From NCBI RefSeq assembly GCF_004010195.1, contig NC_057719.1:31670883-31734882 (forward strand): a stretch of DNA of 64,000 bases, given 5' to 3'. Positions within the stretch are counted from its first letter, which is position 1, and each line of letters begins with the position of its first letter. This DNA comes from Chiloscyllium plagiosum. Lineage: Eukaryota. Positions 11,656 to 25,099 of the stretch are shown piece by piece. The notes under the pieces were generated by a model, which saw nothing but the letters and a program-made list of their open reading frames with translations, searched no databases and was not told the DNA's origin. The translations under genes and the position numbers were made by a program.

Positions 11656-13884
11656 AAGGCCCAATTCAATCCATTCCAGTTGTGAAGATTAAACGATATG
11701 TGGGAGTAAGGAAAGATAGCAATGGACTTATGAATTTAGAAGGCCTTGCTATGATTATTTGCTCTTTCATTTAAACGTAGGCTACATGCTTTTAAAGATA
11801 ATTTACTACTTTGTCAATTGTAGCTTTTTAAAAAAATTTGACATGCTTTGCTTTGAACTCACTTTTGAGCTTGCACAATTTGGTACCATTATGGCAGCTT
11901 AGTGACTTTTTCATGTGGTTGCATATCTCATGGTATAAGAGGCGATACTTCACATTTTTTATAACATTAGACCAGGGCTAGTTGAGAACAGTTAACAGGA
12001 AGGGAAATTTTTATAGGTAATTTTATGGTATTCTATTTTCCAAATGAATAACACTGGAAAACACATGATACCATAGTGTATTCCAGATTTTACTTTGTTT
12101 GCTGCCAGTGAAATATATTTAAAATGTGAGTAATTTTCTGAGTAACCATAACATACGTTAAGGGGTAAGTTTAAATAAACTTTTAATAATTTTTGAGGTT
12201 GATGATAATCTATATCATTTTGATATATATTTTTGATGAAAATCATGTTTGATCAAAAAAAACTGCAATAATCAGTTAAATGCTGTTAAATTTAATTTTT
12301 ATATTGAATTTAACAACTGTCATAAACAATCAAAAATCAGTGAGAAACAGTGAGGTCGAATATTTTCAATTCTGGTCACTTTAGGATGCTGATTTCTCAT
12401 TCTATCACTGTGTTGACCTGAACATCAGATACAACAGCATTCACACTGAGGCAGACACAAAACAGGAACTGTTAAACTAATGATGCATCTGTTTTAGCTT
12501 AGATTTTGGTTGCTACAGGGCTAGCCAGTCTCCATGGATATGTGTAAACCTCACTGGTTTTCACTAGTAAGGTTATTGATTCAGAGTCAATTTGCTGAAC
12601 GTGCTGGAAATTTCATTGCTTCCTAGCCATTGCTTTTTAAAATCAATTTGGAAGAGTTGGCTGAAATTCCTGGACATATCCTTTGAGGTGAATCGAATGT
12701 TTGAAACTTGTGCTGGTTTGTTTCATAGTGTGGTCCCAGAAGAAATTATTAATTCACTTATTTCTATTCTCTAGGCATAACAGCTTACTCCTTCACAACT
12801 TCCTCATGCAATTGTTTCCTGAATAACATGTAATTTTATTCAACATTAAAATTACAAATCCAGCTTGTGTTTCAAATACTTCCTTGCTATTCTCCTCTAA
12901 CTCGTATAATGCTTAGGATCTATAGTTGTTGGCACCCATTTGTATTGCTTTGTGTCAAATTTCCTTAACTTCCCCAAAGCAAATCTCCCCTGTGTTTCTT
13001 TTGTGCTCCATTTTCTTTCACATAAGTGCATCTGGAGCATAGCCAGCAGAGGAGCTCAAAGCCACTTCACCCTTATGTCATTCATAACAGTGCTTTTGTC
13101 CTCAACAAGAAAACCCATATGATGAAAGTTTTGAAAAAAAGCTATTAAATCGTACTTAATGTTCAGAGTTGTTCCTCTTCCCAATCTAAATCCAGCTAGG
13201 AAATACAAATTCCCATACCAAATATTGCACTCATTTTGTCTTTACAGCCTTAATTCTTCAGGAAGCTTTCTATTAGAAAAAAGATATTGCTTTCTTTTGT
13301 ACTGCTATCACATAATCTGCACCACTTCTTTTCAATGATGTGCTGGTGCTAGTTTCCCAGTCTATGATCAACATTTGCAATAGATTTTGGCTTGGTGCAT
13401 TATCTAAATACCAATGCTAGTGTTTTGTCTTCTTAAGGAAATAACTGTTCTAACCTGTACTTAGTAAACCACTAATTCCAGTTTACCCAAAAATAAAGGT
13501 GGCCTACCAACATGCAATCAATTACTCTTACTCTTGTATGGAATGAAACAGATGTACTTGCAGCTACTTCACATGACCATTCTGAAACTTTTGGAACTTC
13601 AGATAATTAATGCAGCATTTCATGTTGCTCAAGAAACTAGCCTTGATTTTGTTGTAGTTTTGATTTGGCAGTAACTCATTTGATTCTGCAATGCTCATGC
13701 GTTATCAAAGCAGCTCACTATAGAAGAAGCTGGCCAGCATGATTCTCATCTATTATTTTATAGAGCTAATATTCATTCTTGAAATAAAAGAAGCACCATG
13801 CAAACTAACAATTTACCTACTAATTTTGAAAGTTCTGCCAGTTTCACTCATTTTTAAAAAATATAATATCAATAAAGGTGTAAA

Positions 13885-14098
13885 AAAATAAAGTTGCCGT
13901 AGTCCTAACAGATCAGAGGGCTTCTAGATCATTAGAGAGAGAGAGAGATGCCTAGTGGTGGTTTCACCTGAGGGTCACTATGCCTCAGGTGAGGGGAGAG
14001 GTTGAAGAGAAGAGTCCTTTATGATAATTTCAGTTGGTGGGAATTAAGCCCATGCATTGGGATAACTCGGCATTATTGTCCAAACAATTGAACTAACC
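13885..14098 (-). mobile_element. tRNA-derived SINE (family with CCTGAGG/CCTCAGG hairpin)
   Basis: Related copies at 23235-23405 and 52555-52740; minus head ggttagttcaattg...gggcttaattccc. Confidence 0.6.
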
Positions 14099-14809
14099 AA
14101 TCCCCAACAGTGTAGTCATAACAGCACAGCCATCAACAGCTTTCCATTTTGTATTCAGAAACAATTTTACCAAACAGTTATACATCAAATCTATCACTGG
14201 TAAACATCCATCAAGGGCTTCTTGACCTCCACAAAGGCTGATCCATAATTGCTTGTTTGGAGTAATGAAGTTGTGCATCAATAGTCATGAAACAGTTGTG
14301 CGGAAAGTAAGACAGTACATTCTGTACCAAATTGGTAATAATAATATAGTCTTTTGTTTAATACACACTAGTCAGATACCAGCGAGATCAGTCAAATAAC
14401 AAACAAAGACACTTTTGCAGATTAAATCCTTAGGTCTAGCATATTGGACATTCACACTTAATATTCAACAGCTATTATAGAAATTGAACATTTGATTTTA
14501 ATATAGCTGTGCTCTGACAAGCTCTCTCTCAATTACTTGATGGCCTGGTTTCTAACACCCATTCTTTCACCAATGCCCATCTACAAAACAATATGTTTCC
14601 TTGAATATTATTAAGTTAAATCTTACAATTACACATAGGCATTAACACGTAAGCAGATAAGGTCTGCATTGAAAGGTGAAAAGCTTGGAATTAGGAAGTC
14701 ATTCTCACCTAACATTTCCAATGAGTTGATGAAATCTATTTAAACCATAAATTGCCCTGTTACAGTTTGGATTTTTATTTTGTTGCAAGTTCTTAAATTG
14801 CAAATCTGT

Positions 14810-15272
14810 TAACTTGAGAGGGTGAAGAAAAGACTTACAAGGATGTTGCCAGGACTGGAGGGTTTGAGCTATAGGCAGAGGCTCAATAGGTTTGGGCTTT
14901 TATCTCTGGAGTGTCGGAAGCCAAGGGGTAACCTTAGAGAGGTTTATAGAATCATTTGGGGCATGGGTAGGGTGAATAGCCAAGTTCTTTTTCTGAGGTT
15001 GGAAGATTCCAAAACTAAAGAGCATATTTTTAAGGTGAGAGGAGAAAGGTTTAAAAAGGTCCTGAGGTGTGGCTTTTTCACACAGAGGATTGTGTGTGTA
15101 TGGAATGAGCTGCCGGAGGAAATGGTAGAGGGGACTCTATTTACAACATGTGGATGGGTATATGAATAGAAAACGTTTAGAGAGATATGGGCCAAATGCT
15201 GGCAAATGGGATGAGGTCAGATTGGGATGTTTGGTCAGAGCAGACAAGTTGGACCGAAGGGTCTGTATGACT
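14810..15272 (+). mobile_element. CR1 (HER1-like) 3' fragment
   Basis: RLTRMLPGLEGLSYRQRLNRFGLLSLE...WNELPEE and 3' tail. Confidence 0.9.
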
Positions 15273-15384
15273 CTACCACTCCTGAGTAAAGCAATAATGT
15301 GCTCACTTATGCCCAGTTTGGGTTCCACTAGGGTCATTCAGCTAATTTTATTATAGTCCTAGTTGAAAATCTCAGAAAAGCCAA

Positions 15385-18362
15385 ATTCCAGGGAAAGTGA
15401 CTGCCCTTGACATCAATGTGATGTTGGATTGAATATGGCAGTAAGGAGCCCTAGCAAAGCAGAAGGAAGTAGCAAATGGGGAATTTGCTGAGTGGAGTCA
15501 TATTGAGCATAAAAGAAGTTGGTTGTTGGAGGTTGATCATCATTGTCCCAGAACATCAGTGCAGCCATTCCTCAAGATAGTGTTCTCGGCCTAATCATTT
15601 TCAGCTGCATCACTAATGGTCTTCCCTGTATTCATTAAGTCAGAAGTGAGGATGTTCATTGATAATTGATAATGTGCAGCACTATTCGCAACTCCTCAGA
15701 CATGGATGCAGTCAATATCCATATGCTGCAATACCTGGACAAAGTACATGTTTTGGCTGATATATAGTAAATAATATTTGTGCCACACACATGCCGTGCA
15801 ATGAACCTCTTCAACCAGAGAGAATCTAACTATTGTTCTTTGATTTTAATGGTATAATCATTGAATTCCCATTCCCAATATCCTGGAGATTACAGTTGAC
15901 AGAATTGGACTAGCCTTTATACAGAGTGCCTTCAATAGCAGGTTAGAGGCTAGGAATTTTGCAGTGAGCAACTCAGCTCCTGATTTCCAAACCCTGCCTA
16001 ACATCCACAAGGCACAAGTCAGGAGTACAAAGCATATTCTCTCATTGCTTGGATGATTGCACCTCCAAGAACACTCAAGAATCTTGACACCATCCAGGCA
16101 AAAGTAAGCTCTTGATTGACACCCTATCCATTACCTTCAGTTTAACTCGCTTCACCACCGATGCACAGTAGCAGCAAGGCAGACAATCAACGTGATCTAC
16201 AAAACAATCTACATGGCTAGTATATGAAACCATTAATATTAGAAATGATAGTAAAAATTTCTTCCAATACATAAGATACAAACGAGGGGCAAAAATAGAA
16301 ATTGGGCCACTCCAAATTGATGCAGGAAGGCTAGCGATGGGAAGTAAGGAAATAGCTATAGAACTTAATAAACACTTTGTGTCAGTCTTCACAGTGGAAG
16401 ACATGAGTAATATCCCAATAATTAAGGAGAGTCAGGAGGCAGAGTTGAGTATGGTAGCCATTACAAAAGAGAAAGTGCTAGCAAAGCTAAAAGGTCCAAA
16501 TATTGATACATCTCCTGGCACCGATGGGCTACACCCTAGAGTTCTAAGGGAGGTGGCTGAGTAAATAGCGGAGATATTGGTTGTGATCTTTCAAAAATCA
16601 CTGGAGTCAGGGAAAGTCCCAGATGGTTGGAAAATCGCTGTTGTAACCCCCTTGTTCAAGAAAGGATCAAGACAAAAGATGGAAAATTATAGGCCGATTA
16701 GCCTAACCTCGGTTGTTGGTAAAATTATAGAATCCATCATTAAGGATGAGATTTCTAAATCCTTGGAAGTGCAGGGTCGAATTAGAACAAGTCAGCATGG
16801 ATTTAGTAACGGGAGGTCATGCCTGACAAATCTGTTAGAATTCTTTGAAGAGGTAACAAGTAGGTTAGAACAGGGAAACCCAGTGGATGTTATCTACCTA
16901 GACTTCCAAAAGGTCTTTGATAAGGTGCCTCATGGGAGACTGCTGAATAAGGTGAGGGCCCATGGTGTTCAAGGTGAGCTACTGGCATAGATTGAGGATT
17001 GGCTGTTTGACAGGAGGCAGAGAGTTGGGATAAAAGGTTCTTTTTCAGAATGGCAGCTAATGACAAGTGGTGTTCCGCAGGGTTCAGTGTTAGGCCACAG
17101 CTGTTCAATTTATACATTATTGATCTGGATGAAGAGACTGGGGACATCTTGGCGAAGTTCGCTGATGATACGAAGTTAGGTGGACATGCAGGTAGTTCTG
17201 AGGAGGTGGGGAGACTGCAGAAAGATTTAGATGATTTAGGAGAGTGGTCCAGGAAATGGCTGATGAAATTCAATATGAGCAAATGCGAGGTCTTGCATTT
17301 TGGAAAAAAGAATACAAGCATGGACTATTTTCTAAATGTTGAGAAAATTCATGAAGCCAAAGTACAAAGGGATCTGGGAGTGCTAGTACAGGATTCTCTA
17401 AAGGTTGTTTTGCAGTTTGAGTCCATGGTTAAGAAAGCAAATGTATTGTTGTCATTTATCTCAAGAGGGTTGGAATATAAAAGCAGTGATGTGCTACTGA
17501 GACTTTATAAAGTTCTGGTCAGGCCCCATTTAGAATACTGTGTCCAATTTTGGACCCCACACCTCAGAAAGGACGTATTGGCACTGGAGCGTGGTAGGCC
17601 TGGAATGGTAGGCCGAACATACGAGGATTTTGGGATTGTATTCATTAGAGATTAGAAGGTTGAGGGGAGATCTAATAGAAACTTATAAGAGATTGTATGG
17701 CTTAGAAAGGGTGGACGCTAGGAATTTGTTTCCATTAACCAGGAAGACTAGAACTCATGGCCACAGCCTTAGAATTAGAGGGGGTCAGTTTAGAATGGAA
17801 TTGAGGAGACATTTCTTCAGCCAGAGAGTGGTGGGCCTGTAGAATTCATTGCCACGGAGCACAGTGGAGGCTGGGATGTTAAATGTCTTCAAGGCAGAGA
17901 TTGATAGATTCTTCGCCCTTAATTCCTTGCGAGACCATGGGGAGAGTGCGGGTAAGTGGAGTTGAAATACCCATCAGCCATGATTGAATGGCGGAGTGGA
18001 CTTGATGGGCCGAATGACCTTACTTCCGCTCCTATGTCTTATGGTCTTTTGATAGCCTGCAGTAATTCAAAAGGTGTCTTCAACAAAACCCTCCATATCC
18101 ATGGCACCTATCACCTACAAGGACATAGACAGCAGATACATAGGAACAACACCATTTGCAATTTCCCCTCCAAGGCACACTATCCTGACTTGAAACTATT
18201 TTTGCATTCCTTCACACTTGCTGATTCAAGAGGATGCGCTTAATTCCTAAGGACAGCAACAGTGCAAGAAGTCACCTCACCGGCATTTTCTTGAGGACAA
18301 TTATGGATTGGCATTAAATGCTGACCAACTCAGCAATGCATATTCCCATGTATAAATAAAGA
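15385..18362 (+). mobile_element. Old CR1/L2-group LINE RT pseudogene and 3' UTR, split by a younger CR1
   Basis: Remnants of ALDI..., PQDSVLGLIIFSC, SEVRMFIDN (GVPQGSVLGP / FADD equivalents) at 15400-15670; 3' part resumes at about 18055 and matches 40222-40715. Confidence 0.7.
16215..18047 (+). mobile_element. CR1 LINE ORF2 pseudogene (RT domain) with 3' tail
   Basis: NYRPISLTSVVGK, QHGF, YLDFQKVFDKVPH, KFADDTKLGG, LVRPHLEYCVQFW; few stops or frameshifts; tail tatgtcttatggtctt. Confidence 0.95.
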
Positions 18363-19249
18363 AAACATCTGGATTAAACTTATACCCTCTCGACAACACT
18401 GGTTTCTTAACAATTTAAAAGATGCAATTCTATGAAGTATCGTTTCATCTCAATAATCTGGCATGGGGTTATGCGTTAACAGGAAATGTGTGTAAATGTG
18501 TTCTGCTTTGAGTTGCAAAGTAAAAAATTATGTCCATGATTATTTGAGCAACGTTATTATCAGCATGAAGAGAGTCAAATTTAACTGAAGATCGAAAACA
18601 AAATCTATTGTGCAAAGGCATGGAAATTAAAGGTTTTATTTGAAGAACTGCAGTTCTTTATTGCAGACTATTTGCTTTGCAAGGGCTGACTTTTACAAAT
18701 AGAGTTTGATTGCTGTTGAGCAGAAATAAAGGACTCAACCTCTATCATTTTTCCAAAGTCACTTGTCCATTAAAACACTTCTGTTCTTCGTTTTGCAATC
18801 ACATTCAGAGTTTTGCCTGTTCATTTCAATTCCATCACAATTTAAATGTCCAAATTTCAGAGCACATACACTGTACTCTGCTCTAATGCCACAACCAAAC
18901 AAAGGATCATTCTTTCCCTTTGTTGTTTGCACTTTTTTACTGCATTATACAGAATAAGAATTTGAAGGCAACATTGTTTTGTTTGAAAATGCAAATAATG
19001 AATAATTGAAATGACATCAAATAAATTTATTTGTAGTGCATTCATTGGCAAAATTGACAAAGCAATATAACCGCACAAGAAAAAAGTATAGTAGATGCAA
19101 GAAGCTTTTGGATTGCTGATGTGGAATGTGGAAGAAATACCTTTTTAATGTTATAAATATGTGTGCAATATTTAGCAGATGGCATTTCAACTGGAGCTTT
19201 GTCTGCTGTGTATTTATAAGCTTTTACTGTTTTTAAACCCTTTTACACC

Positions 19250-19530
19250 TTTAGATGGATATACGAGGTTCAATTCAGGACTATTTTGAAAAATAGCAGG
19301 AAAGTTATCCCTAGCCAATACTTATTTTTCAATCTTCATCCCAAAAAGCAGGTTATCTGGCCATTATTACTGTGCTGTGTGTGGGAGCTTGCAGTTACAA
19401 ATGAGCTATTATGGCTCATTCATTACAACAGCTACTTCACCTCAAACACATTTTATTGGTTGTAAAGTGCTCTGAGACATGCTTCTGCAGACATGAAATG
19501 TACTTTGTACCTGTAAATGTAAGCCTTTTT
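19250..19530 (+). mobile_element. Deu-domain SINE (SacSINE1/AmnSINE-like) 3' portion
   Basis: gccaatacttatt...ttatctggccattatt...tgtgggagcttgc...cattacaacag...attggttgtaaagtgctctgagac...aaatgtaag, similar to the Deu-SINE body and L2-like tail as remembered. Confidence 0.6.
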
Positions 19531-20391
19531 ATATCATGTGCAAAATTCTTGGATATTAACCTCTGCTCAAAGTTGATCTTGTTTTCTGCTGTTTTGTAAT
19601 AAGAAGTGTACCAACAATTAAAAGAAGCCCCTTTTTTACTGTGATTTGTCATCAGAAAAAGAGGTGAGCTCCGATGCAGATTACTTGCATGATGCAGTAA
19701 TACTGTACATCATGGGTGCTCGTGAAATGTTAAAGGCGGGAAAGGACCCATATGATGGAAGAATTTGTAGTAAGAATTTGTAATAATATAATAATACAAG
19801 TTAAAGGAAACTCTACATGTGGTATGCTAACAATAAGCACCAGTGATGCACCATGCTTTGCTACGTAATGGGGGAATATAGGTTCACATTTGAAATTCAC
19901 TCCACCGAGATGTCTAAAAAAAAGATGTTTTGTAATTTGAGAATTCAGGGGAATGTCAAGGTTGTTCGTGCATAAATCATTTCCAGAAAAATTGACCTCC
20001 CAATCTCTTTATCAGCAAACGGGATCTGCTACTGAGGAACCATTGCACTTGGTAAATTGTATTTAGATATTTGAGGATGTGAACTCAAACTGAGAATGGT
20101 GAAGCCAATTTATTGTGGCTATTCTATAATATGACGAAGGTGGACATTGTTATGTGGTGTCATTGTATGTACAGACCAGTGATGGGTCAGATTAATTGGA
20201 AGCTATTTTCGCAGTTCCTTAAGTAATGAATTATAGATGTGGAGAAAGTCAATATTCAATGTTCCCCATATTTTAGAACTTCCATTGAACACAAAATTGC
20301 ACTTTATGTTGAATTTCAATTAATCATTTTATAAAACATAATGAAAGACACAAATATTGAACATAACGCAATATAAATTATTTGAAAATAA

Positions 20392-21518
20392 GGGGCTGGA
20401 TTTTCTGAGAAATGACAATGTTCTGAGAGATATAGAGCTGCAGTTCCGTAATGATGGTTCTATTCTAGTACAGAACTGTTGGAAGGAGACAAACCCACCC
20501 CCTCTTTCACAGCAGTCAGCTGCTGTATTCTGATATTTCAAGTTCTTGACAGTCACTTTGACAGCTGCTGTCAAACCTCAGGTACATAAGATGTGTGCTG
20601 TTAGGGTGCAGACAGCGTAGGATTCTAGAAATGTAGGGGAGAAATAAGGTGCCAGCTAAGTAGAGAACCAGGTGGGTAGGCTATCAGGGTACCAGATATG
20701 TAGGGTAGCAGCAAAGAAGAGTGCCAGCTAGTAATGTGGTATGATACCTGGGATAGGATGCCAGATCAGTAAGGATAGATTTCCAGCTAGGTAGGGTGCC
20801 AGCTGCATAACGTGCCAGTTAGGGAGGGAATAGATGCAAAGGGTAGGTTACCAGATAGGTGGGGGGGTAGGCGCCACATAAGTAAGGTTCCAAAGTACCA
20901 GATAATTAGTGTGTCAGCCGGGTAGGCTGCCAGCTGGGAAGGGGTAAGGCGTCAGGTGTAGATTGCCAGATGAGTAAGGGCTAGGGTGCTAGTTTAAATA
21001 GGATGCCAGCTGGATATGGGATAGAGTGCCAGGTAGGGGTGGTGGTATGGTCAGGCCCAGAGGAAGTGTACTGCAAGTGAGGTAGGTTTTGGGTTAGGTT
21101 GGGTGGGGTGTGAGAGCAGTGGTTGGGCATTGTGGAGGGAAGTTCAGATTTAGTCGGGTCGAATAGGGGAAGAGAATGGATCAGGTCAGGGTTTGTGGGG
21201 TATATGGGGGTTTGGAGGAGCCGTAGTTGGATGTGTGTAAGGTAAGTTTGGGGTCAGTAAGCATCTACTCAGGAGTTAGACTGTGCATTTAATAGTCTAA
21301 CTTTTCCTGAGTAACTATTTTATTTAATTTCATTGGAACTATCCAAAGCCTCTGATTTCAAAGGAAGCTTTCAGAGGGTTCCAGGTGTAGATCCGTCAGA
21401 AAATTCAATTTCCTGGCCAATAGTGTCAGAGTGTGTTGTGATAAGGATTTTTAAGAGGTTCTATGTGCAGCTCCCATCTAGATTGGAATAAAGGTGGTCT
21501 GGTCATCAGAAAATCCAG
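20392..21518. mobile_element. Putative non-autonomous DNA transposon (Harbinger-like) bounded by 13-bp inverted repeats
   Basis: ctggattttctga at 20396-20408 and its exact reverse complement at 21506-21518; left end TAA|GGGGCTGG; GC-richer than flanks. Confidence 0.5.
20595..21250 (+). repeat. Degenerate G-rich minisatellite (unit about ggtagGGTGCCAGct)
   Basis: Many diverged TGCCAG/TACCAG-containing units with spacing of about 16-22 bp; strong G over C strand skew. Confidence 0.7.
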
Positions 21519-22363
21519 GAAAACATGTCCACTTCGCTCCGTGAATTTCTTAACTTGAGTAGCAGTCTGTATTTTAATCTGTTAATTTTGAGTATTTGAT
21601 CACAGATCACCCCAGAGGTACGATTAGATAATTTAATTAAAGTCAAACTGATAAAAGTGATTAGTGGAAGACAAAGGCTCTGAAATAGTTGGTTTGAGAT
21701 TGTGTGCTTGTATATGTATTAAATTTATTAATGAAATGCACATTCATAAAAGCTAAGATATTAAAGTGCTATGGTTCACTGAAACAGGATGCTCAAAATT
21801 ACGAGTTGAGGTTGTAACTTAATTTTCTTTTCAGATTTTTAAGTTTTGATTTTCATAAATGATAATCATTTTACGTGCAAATCCACAACTCAGAATGTAT
21901 GCAGACTCAGATTATAAAATGTTGCAATACAGAAATTCTGTTTGGTCTGTTAAATCCGCCAAGCATTTTGCTTTATATGGGCCAGCTACTCTATTCCTAC
22001 TCTGCTGTTTACTCTCCATAATCTTTAATATACTTTTATTTACAAAGAACTGTCTATTTCTAGTAGCATTTGTGGATAATTTTCTAATAATACTTATGGC
22101 AGAGATTTTTTTTCAAATTTTCCTTTTTGTTCTTTTTGTGATGCCTTAAATTTTCCCTTATTACCATTTTGCAGACCAATGGAAACCATCGACCACATTT
22201 ATCCCATTATAATTCTTTGTACATTTAAAAGCCTTTCTCAGGTCACTTTTCAATCTTCTCAGTTGTAATGTATCAAAAAAACTAACATCTCAAGCCTTTC
22301 TTCATAACTAGAATGCCTCAGCTACTCTTGTAGTATGCTAATAATTCTATACTGAACACTCAG

Positions 22364-22684
22364 TTTAGATTAGATTAAATTCCCTACAGTGTGGAAACAG
22401 GCCCTTTGACCCAACAAGTCCACACCAACCCTCCCAAGAGTAACTCACCCAGACCCATTTCCACCTGACTAATGCACCTAACACTATGGGCAATTTAGCA
22501 TGGCCAATTCACCTGACCTGCAGGTCTTTGGATTGTGGGAGGAAACTGGAGCACCTGGAGGAAACCCACACAGATGCAGAGAGAATGTGCAAACTCCACA
22601 TAGACAGTCACCTGAGGCAGGAATCAAACCAAGGTCCCTGGTGTTGTGAGGCAGTGGTGCTAACCACTGAGCCACCATGTCACC
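22364..22684 (-). mobile_element. HE1-type V-SINE
   Basis: Same head, body and ttaga tail as 1003-1342. Confidence 0.9.
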
Positions 22685-23234
22685 CCTTTTGCTTTAATAT
22701 CCTTAAAATATTTGTCCAAAACCATTTATCATACTCAAAGAGGAACATAACTGTGGTCCTGTGCCCCTTTACAAGATAAATGTTACTTCCATGTATTTAC
22801 ACTATACCTTTATGGATACAAAACTAGGATTTTGACTACCTCTTTTGTCCTTATTTACTACTGCTATTTGTTTGAGCTAATGCATTTGCACACCAAAGTC
22901 CCTTTACTGATATATTTAATTACATTAAATTAAAGTGTAACATTTTCCCCTTTGTTGAAACATTTCTTCACTTTCCTCTTTACTTTAACTTGGATCTTAC
23001 CTATGTGCCAGACTGCTTGACTACTCAATAGTTCCTGTGATCTTTCACACACTTTGGCAAAATATGTCATATTCCTTTATAATTCCAATGATTGTAAACT
23101 GAGTTCTTAAGACATAGCAAATTAAAATGGCTCAACTTAAACTCTTGGAGAACCAGTCACCAAATATTACCAGAGTGTGTAACTTTCCTTTGTACCTGAA
23201 TAATTCATCGCTAGGAGACGTATAGTAAACAAAA

Positions 23235-23405
23235 AGTCACCAGATCATAAGGATGCTTTCTCATTAGGTGCTTTAATCTAAGAGTCACTGTGCCTCAGTT
23301 GAGGGAATAGGTTGAGAAGAGAAGTTCTTCATGGTCAGCTTAGCCTGTGTCGGACACAGTAGGTGCCATGCTACATCACAAGGTAACTGTCCAGCCAACT
23401 GAGCT
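23235..23405 (-). mobile_element. tRNA-derived SINE (same family as 13885-14098)
   Basis: agagtcactgtgcctcag...ggttgagaag...ttcatgg...ccagccaactgagct. Confidence 0.55.
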
Positions 23406-24771
23406 GGCACCAAGGCACAGGAAAGCTGCCTGGCCAGTAATAAACTAAAACTGAAGAAATAAAAATGCGAGGTATGTTGGCTCAATAAAATGTTTAAATG
23501 ACACACTGACCTTTTGGGATATGTTATTAGCTTGCTCTACTTGTCTCACCTGTGTCAAAGCATGATGTAGATAAAATGCAGGTTAGCTCATGTTTGAATT
23601 TTTCAACATTTCATGACATCAACTATCTTGAGGATTAAAATCCTAAACAAATTTTTTATGGTTTATACATTCTGTTCCCTGGAAAACTGGAAGTAAGGCA
23701 ACTCAAGATTGTTTCCATCCGTCTGATGTCAATGGACTGGGCTGAAATTATGTTCTTACCTATGTTGCTTGATGTTTATCTACCAGTAGACATCTTCGTG
23801 TCAACATTGGGACTGAACCATGTAATTGTATAAGTGTATATGCCCTTTCTAGGGAGGATCAGGTAAATCATTCCACAATTTTGATGTCCTCGGAAAAAAT
23901 GAGTGAGAGAAAATTATTTGACAAGTCTTGATTTTAAAAGCGTGAATGTAGAGAGCACAAAGATTATAGTTAAATTGATGTGAGTTGTGGTTTGAAGACT
24001 CAAGTGGTAGAAAATAATAAGTAATTTGATGTCAGTGCAGAATATTTTGATTGACAGATTGACAAAAATCTGACCAACATTTGAACAAGATGAAAAGATG
24101 GCTACACAGAATAAGAAATGAGGGATTATGACATCAAAGGTTTACAAGTTTGTCAGATTGATATCAAGGGAAATAAAGATGTCAGAATTTTACCTGAATT
24201 TAAAATTTATTTAACTATGTTCTCATTGGAAGTACTTTAACCTGCATGAAGGCATCTCTCTGGAAATGATAGAGGGTGCTTCTATAGAATAGGGGCAGAT
24301 AATTATCCATGGAGAAAAAGACAACTTTTACCACCCCAACACTGTATAAAGCCTTATGAAACTAACAATATCAAAACTTTTAAACTTAGGTGGTTGTATT
24401 TCCAGATCCAAGTCAGTCAGTGTTGCAAAACCAAGACCCCTTTCTTTGTGGATAGAGTTTATTAATCACTCCAGCCTTGCAGCTCCTTCCATATGCCAGT
24501 CATGCTTGTTCTCTCTTTATATCTACCTATTGATGAATTAAGCCCAATCTCCTGCTTAACTGCTTGCTACCTTAGGAGAAAGTGAGAACTGCAGATGTTG
24601 GAGATCAGAGTCAAAAGGTGTGGAATAAAATCTACCTTCCATATTCCCCGTTCTTTAAATAAAAAAGGAGTGGAATTTTCTGCCTCTCTTGAGCAGCTTA
24701 GGCAATGGTGAAATAGTTGGTGAAAAGTGGTAAACTAATTAGAATTACAAAGTCAAGAAATTTTTTTTTTT

Positions 24772-25076
24772 AAGATTAGATTACAGTGTGGAAACAGGCC
24801 CTTTGGCCCAACAAGTCCACCCCGACCTGCCGAAGCGCAAACCTCCCATACCCCTACATTTACCCCTTACCTAACACTACGGACTATTTAGCATGGCCAA
24901 TTCACCTGACCTGCACATCTTTGGACTGTGGGAGGAAACCATAGCACCCGGAGAAAACTCACACAGACATGGGGAGAATGTGCAAACTCCACACAGTCAG
25001 TCGCCTGAGGTGGGAATTGAACCCGGGTCTCTGGCACTGTGAGGCAGCAGTGCTAACCACTGTGCCACCATCCCAC
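24772..25076 (-). mobile_element. HE1-type V-SINE
   Basis: A/B boxes on the minus strand, conserved body and tail. Confidence 0.9.
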
Positions 25077-25099
25077 CCAACACTTCCCTTCAGATTTAA

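Noticed and set aside
16337..17842. Functional reverse transcriptase gene
   Set aside because: Broken by stops and frameshifts, and 5'-truncated (no endonuclease)
20595..21250. CRISPR-like repeat-spacer array
   Set aside because: Eukaryotic context, degenerate units without unique constant-length spacers, no cas genes
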